A stretch of DNA of 63,701 nucleotides, the filler included, from Thraustochytrium aureum (taxonomy: Eukaryota): assembly GCA_012862495.1 (NCBI GenBank). It is 6 parts of 4 records of this genome, joined end to end, with 100 filler letters (N's around TTAATTAATTAA, not from the genome) between each part and the next. Parts side by side here need not be neighbours in the genome. Positions count along the whole stretch, not along the records: positions 1 to 21,411 come from BLSG01000375.1; 5 more parts are not named here. One strand, 5' to 3'. Numbering within the stretch: the stretch's first letter is position 1; each line of letters begins with the position of its first letter. Of this stretch, positions 1 to 12,235 are shown piece by piece. The translations under genes and the position numbers were made by a program. Below the pieces are notes generated by a model, which was not told the origin of the DNA, did not search any database, and saw only the letters and a program-made list of their open reading frames with translations.

Positions 1-78
1 CAGAGCCGCAGGAGAGAGGAGCAGCAGCGGCGGCAGCAGCGCATCGAGTGGCAGAGCAGCAGCGGGCGCGAGGGCAAG

Positions 79-712
79 ATGGGCGGCGATTCGGTGCACG
101 ACATGGGCTGCGCGGCGCGGCTCGTGGAGGCGGCGGTGAGTTTGGCTGTGCGGCCTCGTGGGCGGCCGCGTGGGTGGTAGTGTCACTTCACACGTAGGTC
201 ACGACGCGCTGACTTGCGACGCGCGCGCAGACGTTTGGTGCGTCACTTGGCGGCTTTGTGGGCGCCGCAGAGATGGCCTGGGAAAACGCGCCTTCCCACC
301 TGCGAAGGCATGTGGGCTGGTCCCAGATTCTTTCCACGATACAGAGGCGAGCGGTAAGTCGGGCCTGGTGGCGCCAGCGCTGGCCAAGGCTCCCCCCACC
401 TCGGCCCTGCGCAAGAACCGGTTGCTAACGGCAGCGAGCGGGCAGTTCACCTTTGGTGCTGCGACGTCGGCTTTTGCGGTGACCGAGTGCCTCTCCAACT
501 CGATCCTCGGCGAGCCCAAGTGGGAAAGCACCGTGATTGGCGGCCTGTCCGCCGGCGTGGTCCTTTCCCTGGTCTCTGGCAGGCCGCTGCCCTTCCTCAC
601 GGGGGGCGTAGTCGCGGGCGGCGCCGCAGTCCTTTTCGACAAGACTGGAGGGTTCTACTACCAGTCGCCCGAATCGGTTGCCCGCCGGACCCCGCCTCCT
701 GCTTCAGCGTAG
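79..712 (+). CDS. Tim17/Tim22/Tim23-family membrane protein, probably complex I subunit B14.7 (NDUFA11-like); 3 exons 79-135, 231-353, 446-712
   Basis: Manual splicing: introns GTGAG...CTGAC...GCAG (136-230) and GTAAGT...GCTAAC...GCAG (354-445) join an open frame MGGDSVHDMGCAARLVEAA-TFGASLGGFVGAAEMAW...-FTFGAATSAFAVTECLSNSILGEPKWESTVIGGLSAG. This has the Gly-rich TM pattern of the Tim17 family. Confidence 0.7.
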
Positions 713-1159
713 TTGCTTTGCGGCGACAGGGGCTTCTAGGCGCCGAGGCCGTGCTCTCTCGCTCGTGTAGATTGCCCGAGTTGGTGCGGCTTTGGTGTTA
801 AGGTAGCTGATGGTCCATGTTCTTTTTTCGTTTCCCTACGCGATCAGCTTGTGTCGCCGCACAGGAGCCGCGACGTTTGGCATCAGGCTAGCTTGCGCTC
901 GTCAAACGAGGCAGCTGGGCCAACGGTGCAAGCTAGCTTGAACGAGAGGCGCTTGCCCGCCCACGACAGCCCGCGCAGCAGGGCGAGAACGAGCAGGACG
1001 GCGACCCCGCCGAGCAATCCGAGAGACCCGCGAGGCGGCGACCCGCCCAGACGCTTCGCCCAGTCGCTTCACCCAGCTAGCAGGGGCCGCCCTCGTTCTC
1101 CGGCTCTGCCTGTGTCCAGTCCGCTGCGCCCTCTACCGCCCTGCTGCACTTGCGCCCAG

Positions 1160-1984
1160 CTAGCAGCAGCCGCCCTCGTTCTCTGGCTCTGCCTGCGTCA
1201 AGTCCGCTGCTCCATCACCGCCCTGCTGCGACTTGCGCCCGGCCGGCGAGACAGTATTGTGCAAGAGTTGCGGACTCTCCAAAATCTTTTGCACCAGCTC
1301 CTGGAACACCTGCTGGATGCCCAGCCTGGTCTTGGCACTCGTCTCGATAAAGATCATGCCCCGCTGCTTTGCGTAGGCTTCGCCCTCGCGGTTGGACACG
1401 CGCCGCTCCTCGTCGAGGTCGCACTTGTTGCCGCACAAGAGCAGGATGACGTCGCGCTTGCCGCCAGGCGTGTACCTGTCGACCTCCTCTAGCCACGTGT
1501 TGATGTGCTCGAAGGTCTCACGCCTCGTAATGTCGTATGTGAGAATGATTCCCTGAGCACCGCGATAGTAGCTCGATGTCAACGTGCGGAAGCGCTCTTG
1601 GCCCGCCGTGTCCCAGATGGTGTTTTTGATCGTCAGCCCTGCGTTGGCGTACACGCCCCGCTGGTCAGCACACAGTGCACAATCCTCAGTTGGGGACCTC
1701 GGAGGCTGCCCCAACGCGAGCGGAAGCAAAACGTACCCTGGACCTGGAGCATCTTGACTTTGAAGTCAACCCCTATCGTGCTCGGCTGCTGTTCGCTGAA
1801 CGTGTTGTCCGTGAAGCGAAGCAAGATGCTGCGAAGCGCCGGCCGCGTCAGCGCCTGCCGGGTCAGCGCAAGCTCGTTGCGTACCTCCCAGTGCGCGCCA
1901 GACTCACCTCGATTTGCCAACAGCTTCGTCGCCAATCAGCAGCAGCTTGAACAAGTGGTCGTACCGCTCGCCCGCGCCGGCCAT
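1160..1984 (-). CDS. RAB18: Rab18/RabC small GTPase; 3 exons (1984-1908, 1828-1737, 1638-1160)
   Basis: [64 protein letters not shown], ETSAK and a C-terminal GGCC prenylation site. Two GT-AG introns keep the frame. Confidence 0.93.
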
Positions 1985-2538
1985 CGTGCCCTCGGGCGCG
2001 GCGCGCGTGGCCCGCTCGCAGAACGGGCGACGATTGTGCAGAAAAAGGCGCCGACGACCTTGCTCGCCTGAGCGCCGCGCCAGCGCCTGGGCGCGGAGCG
2101 CCAGTCAGTCGGTGCCTGCCTGGCCTCTGCGTCTGTCCGGAGCTACTTTTACGCGTAGAGTATGCCTCTGGAGGTATGCCCTTGCGCGCCGGAGGGTTTG
2201 GCGAGCACCACAAGCCGCACTGTCAGTGCGACTTGTTCTCCGTTTCCGTGACCGGCCTTTTCGCCTCTTCTTCCTTCCTTTCATTCCTGCTGGAGCACGG
2301 CCCTCGCTCGTGGTGCTTGCCTGGAGTGGCTGGCTGTTCGCTGGACGCAAAAGTGTGGCAGTGCAAGTCGGCGGTTCGTGTTCTAGCTAGTACTCATGTA
2401 TGCGCTGGATTGGTGAGTTTATTCTACTTGGTGTGGGAGGGGTCCCGGTAGACCGATTTAGAGCGTGCTCTTGGCTTGCCGCGATTCTGCCCCCGTTTGC
2501 GTCGACTCCACGGACAAAAGCAACCTCTCTAGAGCTAG

Positions 2539-3543
2539 CTAGACCTCGTCAGAGACCTTGACGTGGCGGATCGTTTGTTTGCGCTGCTTGACCCACACAC
2601 TAATGAAAATGGAGAGCAGAAAGATGAGCCCGCCCAAGACGTGCATCGGGCTGATCGGCTTGGCCACCAGCGCAAACGAGAGGCAAATCGTGAACACCTT
2701 GCGGCACGACTTTACGATCTCGGCCTCGGTGGCCCCAAAGTGCTTGATGAGCACCAGGATGAAGATCGAGCTGCAGTAGCCAAGCACCGAGAAGGTGGCC
2801 GTCCAAGTGATCACCTCAGGGTGAACGCGTGCATGGTCCAACGCGTCCCAGAGCTCGCCGCTCTGCAGGAGCGCGCCAAGCGCCCAGATGCTGCCAAACA
2901 TCGAGGCGTACATCATCACTTCAGCTTGCGAGCACTTCTTCAACTTGAAAAAGCGCTTCTCCTCAAAGTTGGAGGTGACCGCGTCAAAGATGACGCCGAG
3001 CGAGATCAGAAACACGCCCATCATGTCAAACTTGGGCGACTCGTTGGCGTCGCCCAGGGTAAAAACCGTGATGCCGATGACCAAGATGAACGCTCCCAGG
3101 TACTCGACCATCGTGTACCGCTTGCCCTGCAGCAGGACACCCACAAACATGACAGGGATCACCTTGCTCGACTTGAACATGACGCGCGTCGGGTAGTTGA
3201 GGTACGTCAGCGACCAGTTGGTCAGGTACATGCCTCCCATCGTGAACAGCGAGAGCTGCGCGTACTCGGTCAGGCTCGCGCGCCGCTTGGTGTCACCGCT
3301 CACGACACACTCGACAAACCCGCACAAGGCGAAGAAAAACGCGGTCAGAAAAGACACAAACGCGTGGCTACTAAAGTCCTCCACAATGAACACCTTTTCC
3401 TGCAGGTAGGCAAACCCCAGCGAGCAGCTCAGGTTGCCGAACGCCAGCACCAGCAGCTGATTCTGCCGTGTCAAAAACGACAGGTCTTGCCCGAAAACCT
3501 TGACCGTGTTGGTCGGCTTGTCGAGGAACTTTTCTGTCGCCAT
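2539..3543 (-). CDS. PAPS / nucleotide-sugar transporter, SLC35B (UAA family), PAPST2-like
   Basis: 334-aa single-exon multi-TM ORF with LTNWSLTYLNYPTRVMFKSSKVIPVM, FEEKRFF and LIKHFGA...VKSCRKVFTICLSF, which are SLC35B3-type motifs. Confidence 0.88.
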   Translation of the reverse strand: MATEKFLDKPTNTVKVFGQDLSFLTRQNQLLVLAFGNLSCSLGFAYLQEKVFIVEDFSSHAFVSFLTAFFFALCGFVECVVSGDTKRRASLTEYAQLSLFTMGGMYLTNWSLTYLNYPTRVMFKSSKVIPVMFVGVLLQGKRYTMVEYLGAFILVIGITVFTLGDANESPKFDMMGVFLISLGVIFDAVTSNFEEKRFFKLKKCSQAEVMMYASMFGSIWALGALLQSGELWDALDHARVHPEVITWTATFSVLGYCSSIFILVLIKHFGATEAEIVKSCRKVFTICLSFALVAKPISPMHVLGGLIFLLSIFISVWVKQRKQTIRHVKVSDEV

Positions 3544-4243
3544 CCTCTCTCGCCTGCCGTTCGCAACAGCCTTCGCCTTGGCCTTGCCCTGCGTTTAGTC
3601 CAGCTGCTCACGCCCGCTCTCGTGCTCTCCCGGCGCTGCTTGCTCGTTTGGGGTCTGCCGCTGCTTTCGACCGCGAGGTACGCTTTCGGAACGTTTTTGC
3701 GAGACTGTCTCCAGCGGTCGAAGCATGCATGCCCAAGCTCTGCAGTAGGAGAAGGAGTGAGTGCTCACTGATGACAGAGCTCCGGTGAGTAGTGCTGGAG
3801 TTGGCAGAGTAAGTACGCAGGTAGAGTAGGTAGGCGACACGGGCGGGCACCACGACCCGGATGTTTGCACTCGAGCAAGAGCAAGAGCGGCTTCCAAGTT
3901 GCCAACCGAAGGCGCCAGCCGACCAGTGGGCTCGATCAGCGCTGTCTCCAGCACAGATTCGATCCGCTCAGAAGGCGTTCCGCACACAAGTGTCGTTCCG
4001 CACATTTGGACATGAATTGTTCGTCCTACCTAAATTGACCGTTATTGCGCGTTCTGCGAGGGCCGCATCAGGCATCGTTTCGACCTCCTCAGCGCTCATC
4101 GCCAGCTGAGGCTGAGACGCTCATGGGGATCCTCTCTGGCGAAGCGGTTCAAGCCAGCTCGGACAGCTCCAAGCACGACCAAGCGCGACTCTTCCGCGCT
4201 TATCTGGAGAGGCCGCCACCACAAGCTCGTCCTGCAGGCCACG

Positions 4244-5140
4244 ATGCCGGCTTGCGTCATCTACGCCGCGGCGATGTTCAAGATCTCACAGGACTACTCG
4301 TCGGCTGTCGAAAACGCTGACGAGTCGCCTTTCGACGTCGTCGGGCCTCTGGAAGCTGGCCTCGAGCCCGAGCGTGGGGTCCGGACGTACGAAACATGTC
4401 GCGCCAGTGACCTGTTCCAGGATCGAGCGCACCCGAGCCTTGTCTTGGCCGACTACGCTTTTCTCTCAGCAGTGGTGTAACAAGAGGACGAGCGGATCGA
4501 AAAGCTAGCGCGCGTCTACTTTGACGACTGGCGCGGGCTACACGTCACTGTCCTCGGAAAGTCCGAGGAGAACGCGAGCGTTGGGCTAACCGCCTTTGCG
4601 ATCGACTCGCGCCACCTCGTCGTGGCCACTGGCGCGACTTCGCGGAGGACATGGGCGTCTGGGCGCCGACGGCGGTGGTGCAGTTGACATCGCGGCTGCT
4701 GCCCCTCGGCGACCTGTGGGATCTCGTCATCCCTAGTTTGCTCCGCATGCTAGGTCCATTGCAGTTCCCGGACACGTTTGAGGTCGAGACGGTAAAGGCG
4801 CTCGGCAACCTGAAAGGCCAATTCAAGACGCGCATCATGACTGGCCACTCGCTTGACGGCGGCGTGGCCATGATCGTTGGCGCCAAGCTCGACACGCCGC
4901 GATTTCTTTCCCGCTCCGAACCAGATTCTGGCCACGAGCTCCAGGGCCTGAGTCGTGAGTCTTTGCAGCGGAACACGCTCAACGTCGTTCCAGAGGGGGA
5001 CATTGTCCCGCGTAATGACCGGCGCCCGTTCCACATCCAGAACATCGAGTGCTCGGACGACTCGACCATCAGTTTTCTCGAGTGCCACGGGATCGAGCGA
5101 AAGGTTTTTGATAGTTCGCAAAAAGTGCAATCGGAACGGG
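4244..5140 (+). pseudogene. Disrupted lipase class 3 (alpha/beta hydrolase)-like gene
   Basis: Fragments LADYAFLSAVV*(TAA 4478-4480)QEDERIEKLARVYFDDW, then a frameshift into DFAEDMGVWAP...IMTGHSLDGGVAMIVGAKL...LNVVPEGDIVPR...ECHGI. The GHSLGG-like nucleophile elbow is altered to GHSLDG, and there are Asp and His candidates. An in-frame stop and frameshifts are present. Boundaries are approximate. Confidence 0.55.
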
Positions 5141-5612
5141 CACCTGTTCAACCGCACGCTGTCCTCGTGCGCCGCCGTGCCAGGGCAAGCAAGTTGAGAG
5201 ACTTGACGATGCACGTTTCTGATGTGCCCGCCCGCGTGCATCAAAATTCAAATCCGAACAGACCCAGCAGTCCAGCCGACGCAGCAGCCATCCCAACTGA
5301 CTGCAAGCGCAGCTCACTGCTCAGGGTCATGAGTCAGGTCCGCGATGGCAGCACTTCAACTCGACCAAGATCCAAACGGAGAAACCAACGCCTGTCTTGC
5401 AAAAGTTGTGCAACGTTGCTACTACTACGTTGATTGATCAAGAGAGTACCAGTCCACGCGTGAGCAGGCACTACTTGGACGGAGGTTGCAGAGCCGTCTG
5501 GCGAGCGAGGGGGACGGCGCGGCGCACAGGGAGCACAGACGGACGCCTGCCGAGCCGCTGCCCCTTTGGTGGCCTGCCCCTTTGGTGGCCCGCGCGTGCA
5601 CGGCCGCACAGG

Positions 5613-6677
5613 ATGGCGCGCGCTAACCTCGTCGTGGATGCCGAGTTGCAGACGCTCTTCGTCGGCGCGAGCAAGCGCACGCCCCCCCTGAGGTGGATCA
5701 AGGCCGAGATCCGCNNNNNNNNNNNNNNNNNNNNNNNNNNNNNNNNNNNNNNNNNNNNNNNNNNNNNNNNNNNNNNNNNNNNNNNNNNNNNNNNNNNNNN
5801 NNNNNNNNNNNNNNNNNNNNNNNNNNNNNNNNNNNNNNNNNNNNNNNNNNNNNNNNNNNNNNNNNNNNNNNNNNNNNNNNNNNNNNNNNCCTTGCTTTGT
5901 ACTCTTCTGCCCTGAGCCTGACCAGGAACGCAACGCCTGGGTGCTGATCGCGTACGTGCCCGACAATTCCAAGGTGCGCGCGCGGATGCTGTATGCGTCA
6001 GGGCAGGACGACGTGAAGCGGGCATTTGGCCACTCCAACTTTGCCGGGAGCGCGCATGTGACCGAGCCGGGCGAGCTTTCTCTCGACACGCTGCGCGGCA
6101 ACGTGAAGCGCAACCTCGCCGACGCGCCGCTGACAGACGCAGAGATATTGGCCAAGGAGGAGGTCGCGCAGATGGCAGCGCCCTCGGAGGCCCGCGCGAA
6201 CGCGATGGGGTTGGTGCCGTTCAGCTTTGGGGCCCGCTCGACGAGCGGCTCAAGGCGTTCGTTGCTGGGTCTTGCGACCTGGTAGAAGCCAAGGTCGAAG
6301 GCGACGACCGCGTGGTGCTTGGGTCGGAGAAGGGCCCCGGGCTGTCCAAGAGCAACATAGCGCGCGACGAGCCGCGCTTTTACGTTCTGCGGCAACCTGC
6401 GACCGGCAACGTGTACCTTGTATTCTCTTGCCCGACGTCGACCAAGATCCGCAAGCGCATGCTCTACTCGACCTGCAAGCAGACGCTGATGCACCACATC
6501 GCTGGCCTTGGCGTGGAGGTGAACAAGACGCTCGAGATCGGCGACCCGGACGACATCGAGGACATGCTCGAGCTTCACGAGCGCCCTGATGAAAACCAGG
6601 GCAAGATCGTGCAGCAGGCGTTCAGCAAGCCAGCGCGGCCGGGCCGCGGCAAGGCCCGCATTGCCAAGAAAGAGTAG
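5613..6677 (+). CDS. TWF: Twinfilin (two ADF-H domains); N gap 5715-5889, apparent frameshift ~6232
   Basis: WVLIAYVPDNSKVRARMLYASG (first ADF-H), EPRFY...LVFSCPTSTKIRKRMLYSTCK (second ADF-H), and C-terminal tail FSKPARPGRGKAR. Confidence 0.9.
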
Positions 6678-6834
6678 TGAACGCGCGCACCCCCCTCCCC
6701 CAGCACGGGCAATGCCGCAAAGCGATTCCACAATCCATTTCACCATCCGTGCGCCCGTCGCCGTCTTGTTCTTGGTCGACTCCTCGCCTGCTCAGGGGCA
6801 GCTATCTTGTGACCTCGTCGAGGCGGGACCCTGT

Positions 6835-7480
6835 GATGGTTGCGCTCATGGTTAGCTTGGCGCTCTTCGACCCGCGTCCTTCATCTATGTCTCCGTCGGC
6901 GCGCCCGCACTCCCGGATCAACGCCCTGCATCTTCTTTGCAAGACTGCGTTTACTTTGGCCTTTTCAGTCCTCCAAGAGACCAACCCAGACCAGTCCCTC
7001 GCGACGATTTGGAGCATCTTCACTGCGGCCTGGGCGACCGTCCTCGCAGCATTGTTTCTCTGGTACCAGCCGGTCTTCCACACATCGAGCACGTTCGAGC
7101 GGTCGACCCTACCCAACCTTCTCGCGTGGTATTCGATTTTCACTGTGCTGCACGTGCAAACAAACCCGCGTGGCACCCTGGGTAGAGTAGCACCAACTCA
7201 AAACACGATCGCTGTCACGCTCTTCGGCGGCGCCCTGCTCCTTGCTTCTGGTGATCCCGGAAGACGTGCTCGAAAGCCTTGCTCACATCCAGCGCTTTCT
7301 CGTCGAGCAGTTCGGCGCGGCCTCTTCGGCGACACCTTCCGCAACCTGACCCGCACCGCAGCCAGTCGACCGTTGGCTCATGTGCGGCAGAGGCAGGGAA
7401 GAGCGAGAACGCATGCGGGAGTACACTGGCAGGTACTCGACAACCGATCCGACTCCGCCAAAGGCCCCCCGTCTTGGTAG
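6835..7480 (+). pseudogene. Fragment of a multi-TM protein resembling the N-terminal region of TmcB/TmcC-like (PAS-associated) membrane proteins
   Basis: LFDPRPSSMSPSARPHSRINALHLLCKTAFTL...LFLWYQPVFH resembles the family's TM region (from memory). The frame is lost after ~7250 and there is no full-length gene. Confidence 0.3.
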
Positions 7481-7904
7481 GGCAAGTGGTACTTCTTCTG
7501 GTCAGGTGGGCTGTCCCGGTGCCTTGAAAGGCTGCTCGCTCGCGCTCATGCTTCGACAGCGTCCGCACGCGAGCACGTCCTCGCATCGCAAACTGAGTAC
7601 TAGTAACTGTAACCGAGCTCGTTCCTTGATCATCTTGATCGACTCCACTTCTGCCGAGCGCGAGCCGCCAAGGGACTCGCTGCACGTCAAGCCGGAAATC
7701 GCAGAAATGCGCGTGGTCCCATTTCAAGCGCGTGCGATGTGGCGGCCGCGCCTTTGTCGAGCAGCGTTTTTCCCCCTCGATGTGGGCGTGCCACCAATCC
7801 AAGGAGGATGCCACATGCGCCACAGGCGTGTTCTCCTTCAAGTTTCTCCACTCCTCCTGACGTGCATGTATGTGGCCATCTGACCTCAGCTGCGCGCGCT
7901 TCTC

Positions 7905-7942
7905 TCCTTCCTTCCTTCCTTCCTTCCTTCCTTCCTTCCTTC
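7905..7942. repeat. (CCTT)n microsatellite
   Basis: ccttccttccttcc... seen directly. Confidence 0.9.
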
Positions 7943-9072
7943 AGGGTCTCTGCGAGGAAAGAGGGTCTCTGCGAGGAGGCTGGGTCTCTTCGCGCTCGTG
8001 TCGGCTGGCCGATCGAATGTCGCCGTCAGGGGGAAAAAGGAAGAGCACCTGTAGTCCAGTTCGTCGAACGCTCGAACAACGAGGAGACATCTTGGACAGG
8101 CTGGGTGGCGTCATCGCACCTCCCCACCACCAATGCGTCGCTCGTGCATTTCCGGCCGCCGCACACGCTCCTCTTTGGCCGTCGTCGAGGCTGGCGGCCG
8201 TCGACACTGCCGGAGGGAGGGAGAATGGAAAGGAGGAGGCGCTCGCTCTGCACTGCCTGCGGCCTCCGATAATCCGCACAGCCTGCGGCATCATCCGGCG
8301 CTCCGGGCTGGCTGGCGTCGCGTGCATTCGACAGCTGCTCAGGCAGGCAGGCCGTGTTCTCCCACTCATCTTTTGCGTTTGCCTTTGCCAATTGTGGCTT
8401 GTTCCCTCTTTCCACCAAATCGATCGAATTTGTTCGATTCGAATGGCAACGCGAAAGTATCATGCGTGATCATCAGCCAGCCCCAGATCAACTCCTTGGT
8501 CAATCGACGGCCAGAACGCAGTTGCCGAGACTGGAAAGACACGCACTCGCTCCACGTGCAGCAGAGTCGTCGCTGCGCCGCCGCTGAAAGACCGCGCGGC
8601 CCACCCTCGCTCGCTGACCCAGGCGGGCTGGCGCCCCGACTGCCGTCAGAAAAACACGGCGTGTCCGCGCGATCTGTTCGAGCTCCAGCTCGGGACGAGA
8701 CCGGCGCGAAGAGACCCGGCAAAGAGAAGCTCGAGCTTGCTAGTCGCGCAAGACGCGCCCTGGGGGCCTGAGCAAGGCCTGGTTTGCGCCTGGCGCAAAC
8801 GGAACAGAGGCAGTCTGGCTGCGCAAGTTGCGCAGCGTCACTCCAGCCCAGGCGAGGCGGCCGCAAGAGGTTAGATGTGGCCAAAAACGATGGGNNNNNN
8901 NNNNNNNNNNNNNNNNNNNNNNNNNNNNNNNNNNNNNNNNNNNNNNNNNNNNNNNNNNNNNNNNNNNNNNNNNNNNNNNNNNNNNNNNNNNNNNNNNNNN
9001 NNNNNNNNNNNNNNNNNNNNNNNNNNNNNNNNNNNNNNNNNNNNNNNNNNNNNNNNNNNNNNNNNNNNNNNN

Positions 9073-11652
9073 CTCGCGGTGATGGGCACCGCGGTCGCTC
9101 TGGCCATAGAGCCAAGCTTTGGCCAGTCCGAGAAATTAAACGTGCTCGTTTTGTTGGTCGACGACCTGCGCCCCGAAATCGGCGCGTACGGCTCGAAAGA
9201 TGTCAAGACGCCCAACATCGACAAACTGTCCCAGGAGGGCGTGCACTTTGAGCGCGCCTACGCGCAAGAGGCTCTGTGCGGGCCCTCGCGCGCGTCAATG
9301 CTCACTGGACGCGCGCCTTCAGACCTCAACTACTACCAGCACACAACGCGCACGCTGGAGAGAAACGTGTACAGAAACGCGCTGACGCTTCCCGCCTTCT
9401 TCAGGAGCAACGGGTTCCACACGGTTGGCACAAGCAAGGTGACCCACTTCATCGTCAACAACGCCGCCCTGTTCAACGAGTACCGCAAGTTCCCAGTCCA
9501 CCTGGGCGACGACTGCGGTCCCAGCGCGGTCTGCTCTACGGAGACAGAAGAGGCGACAACAGACTTCCACGCCATGACCTTTGCGCGCAGCAAGATCCAA
9601 GCGCTCCAGCAAAGAAGGCGGAATTGGTTCATGGTGGTTGGCTTCCGGCGCCCCCACCTGTCCTTCCGCGTTCCGCAGGACAAGCTGGACGCAATCAGCG
9701 CCGACCAGATTTCGCTCCCCCCAGTGCGAGAGCGCCTCATCCCGCAGGCCTCGCCCTGGCAGGCCTACAACCCGATGTGCGAAGACCTGAGCTCGTCAGG
9801 CGAGGTCTTGAGCTCGGGCTTCGAAGAGTACCGGGACCAGTACCTCGACGACGCTACTTCGCGCCGATTGCGCCGGGGGTACTTTGCGAGCGTTGCCTGG
9901 ATCGACGACCTCGTTGGCCGCGTTCTCGAGGTCGTTGACATGGATAACACCATCGTGGTCCTCACTTCAGACCACGGCTGGCAGCTCGGCGAGCACGGCT
10001 CGTGGTGCAAAGGCGGCACGTTCGAGCTTGCGCTCCGTGTCCCGCTCCTTATCCGCGACCCGCGAGGCCGCCGCGGCGTGCGCGAGTCGGCTATCGTCGA
10101 GCACACGGCGCTATTCCCGACTCTAGCAGAGCTCGCTGGCCTCGAGATGGGGGCCGTCCATGCCGACGATCTTGGGATCAACGTCGCGTCGAGCTACGCC
10201 AGCCTCGTGCGGCCAGACCAACCCGAGTCGGGCCCGGTTCGCGACGCCTTGCTCCACAGCCACCAGCCTGCGGGCCACGCCTGGTCGTACCCAGTTGATG
10301 CTGCCTTTGCGGTCTGGCCGATCTGCCAGTCCGTGCCTGAGCAAGCAGACGAGACGGGCAACTGCCGCTCGTGCTTCGACTTTGGCGGAAACCAAATTCC
10401 CCTGCGGCCAGTGCCCGGACGACAGCTCGTGTGTGATCAGGCTCCGCACGATCTTCTTTATGGGTTTCTCGGTGCGCACCGATAAGTTTCGCTACACCGA
10501 GTGGCGCAAGTGGAACGTCGATTCAGAGACCGCAGATTGGTCCAGCGCCGGATTTGAGGGGCGCCAGCTCTTCGACCACTCGACTGCGGCAGGCCGCAGC
10601 GAGATCGCAAACGTAGCCGAAGAGCGGGCCTACTCTAGCGTTGCGGAGCAGCATCAGCGCATGCTCTTCGCGAAACACGTTCCGTGCGTCGCCAGCTCCG
10701 CCTCTGCCTGTGAGGGCCGCGGCCAGCACTGCGTCTTTGCTGGCGGAGCCTGCGTTTCGCGCAGCTCGTGCGCCTTCTCGACCAAGGCCACGTGTGAGGC
10801 TCGAGGGGAGGCTTGCCGCTGGGGTGGCAACAAGTGCGAAAACCTCAACACCGGCCGCCGCACGATAGTTCCGCCCACAGCCTCGCCCACACTCTCGCCA
10901 ACCACCAAATCCCCAACTGGTTACCCGACCTCCAAGCCCAAGCCACCTCCCCCGGTCGACGTTTGTTCAGAGAATGAAGCGACGAACTGGTGGCGATCCC
11001 GCAACGCTCGCTCAAAGTGCATATCACAGCTTGTCGCCAACGTGCCGGCTGCCAGCCCGGCAAAGACCTGCCCAGGGCTGGTGCCGAACGAGGAGCCGCC
11101 GCAGCGGGTCTCTGATTACCGTCGGTGGGCGAAGAGGAGAGCAAAGGCCTGCCACTCTACCGGGGGGTGCCAGTCGGTCGTTGCTGGGAGAAGGTGCGTC
11201 TTCAACGAGTGCGCGAACCGCAACGATGGGTCCTGCACCCTCGCAGGATCTGGCGGAAGCTGCCTCTGGTATGACCAAAGGGACAATGTGCGGACAGCTG
11301 ACAACAAGCGAACTGTTGGCTGCAACCCAACCCCTGCGCGGCAGCGGAATCGCAGGAAGAGTGCGCCCGCAGCAGCGACAAGCTTGCCACTTGCACGTGG
11401 TGCGCATCTTCGAATTCGTGCCAGATCACCAAGACGTCCCGTTCCGTAGCCCCTCCGCCGTGCGCGCCGTGCTCCGACTCGCTCGCATGCTTTGAGGATC
11501 AGTCTTGCGCCGAGGCAAGGGGGCTGCACCGCTGCAAGCGGATCAAGTACAATCGCAAGAGCGGGGCCTACATGGCGTGCGGTTGCCAACTGGTCGCCTG
11601 CCCGCTCGCGAACCCATGGCTCGCGGATATCGCCAAGTGCGATGTGGCCTAG
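9073..11652 (+). CDS. Secreted/lysosomal sulfatase (iduronate-2-/choline-sulfatase-like) with a Pro/Thr linker and Cys-rich C-terminal domains; 5' end in gap; apparent frameshifts ~10400 and ~11330
   Basis: NVLVLLVDDLRP, FERAYAQEALCGPSRASMLTG (CxPxR formylglycine motif), GFRRPHL, TSDHGWQLGEHGSWCKG, MGFSVRTDKFRYTEW. The Cys-rich tail ends ...LADIAKCDVA TAG. Confidence 0.88.
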
Positions 11653-12235
11653 TCTCATCTTTGTTCTGCCACCTCGTGCGCGTTTCTTGCTTTGCTTCTG
11701 CAACACCGCCCCATTTTGTACTGGCCTTCTGGCGCCATGGAAAACATTTCTGTGCTCCGTAGCCTTTCTCTCTAGAGCTAGCTAGAGCACCATTCCGCCG
11801 CCGTCTGTATCTGCCTGCCTGCCGCTGCGCTGGCCCAAAGCCCGTCGCCGACACCAGTAACACATCAACGATCATGTTGGACCATCTCCTTTTCTCTTGA
11901 CTTCGAATGATCATTGTGTGTCGTTTCGATGAACAGGCGCTGGGACGCGGCGGAACAGCTCACAGTACCCTACCTTACCTTAGACGCTAAGTAGAGTAAG
12001 GTGCTCTACTATCAGCGTTCGCAGCCTCAATCGCAGGGCCGCTACAGCCCAACTTTCCTTCCGCCGGCGCAGCACCCTCCCCTCCGCCGAGCCCCGTCTG
12101 CGTAGAGAAGGCCAAGCGCCACGGCAAGCGAGACAAGGCCGCCGGGGCGGCAGCGGCTCTGGGCGCAGGTCGCCCAGCAGAAACGAGCCCTGCCGGCTCG
12201 TCGGCAGCCTGGCTGCGCATTGTGGCTCAAGCGCG

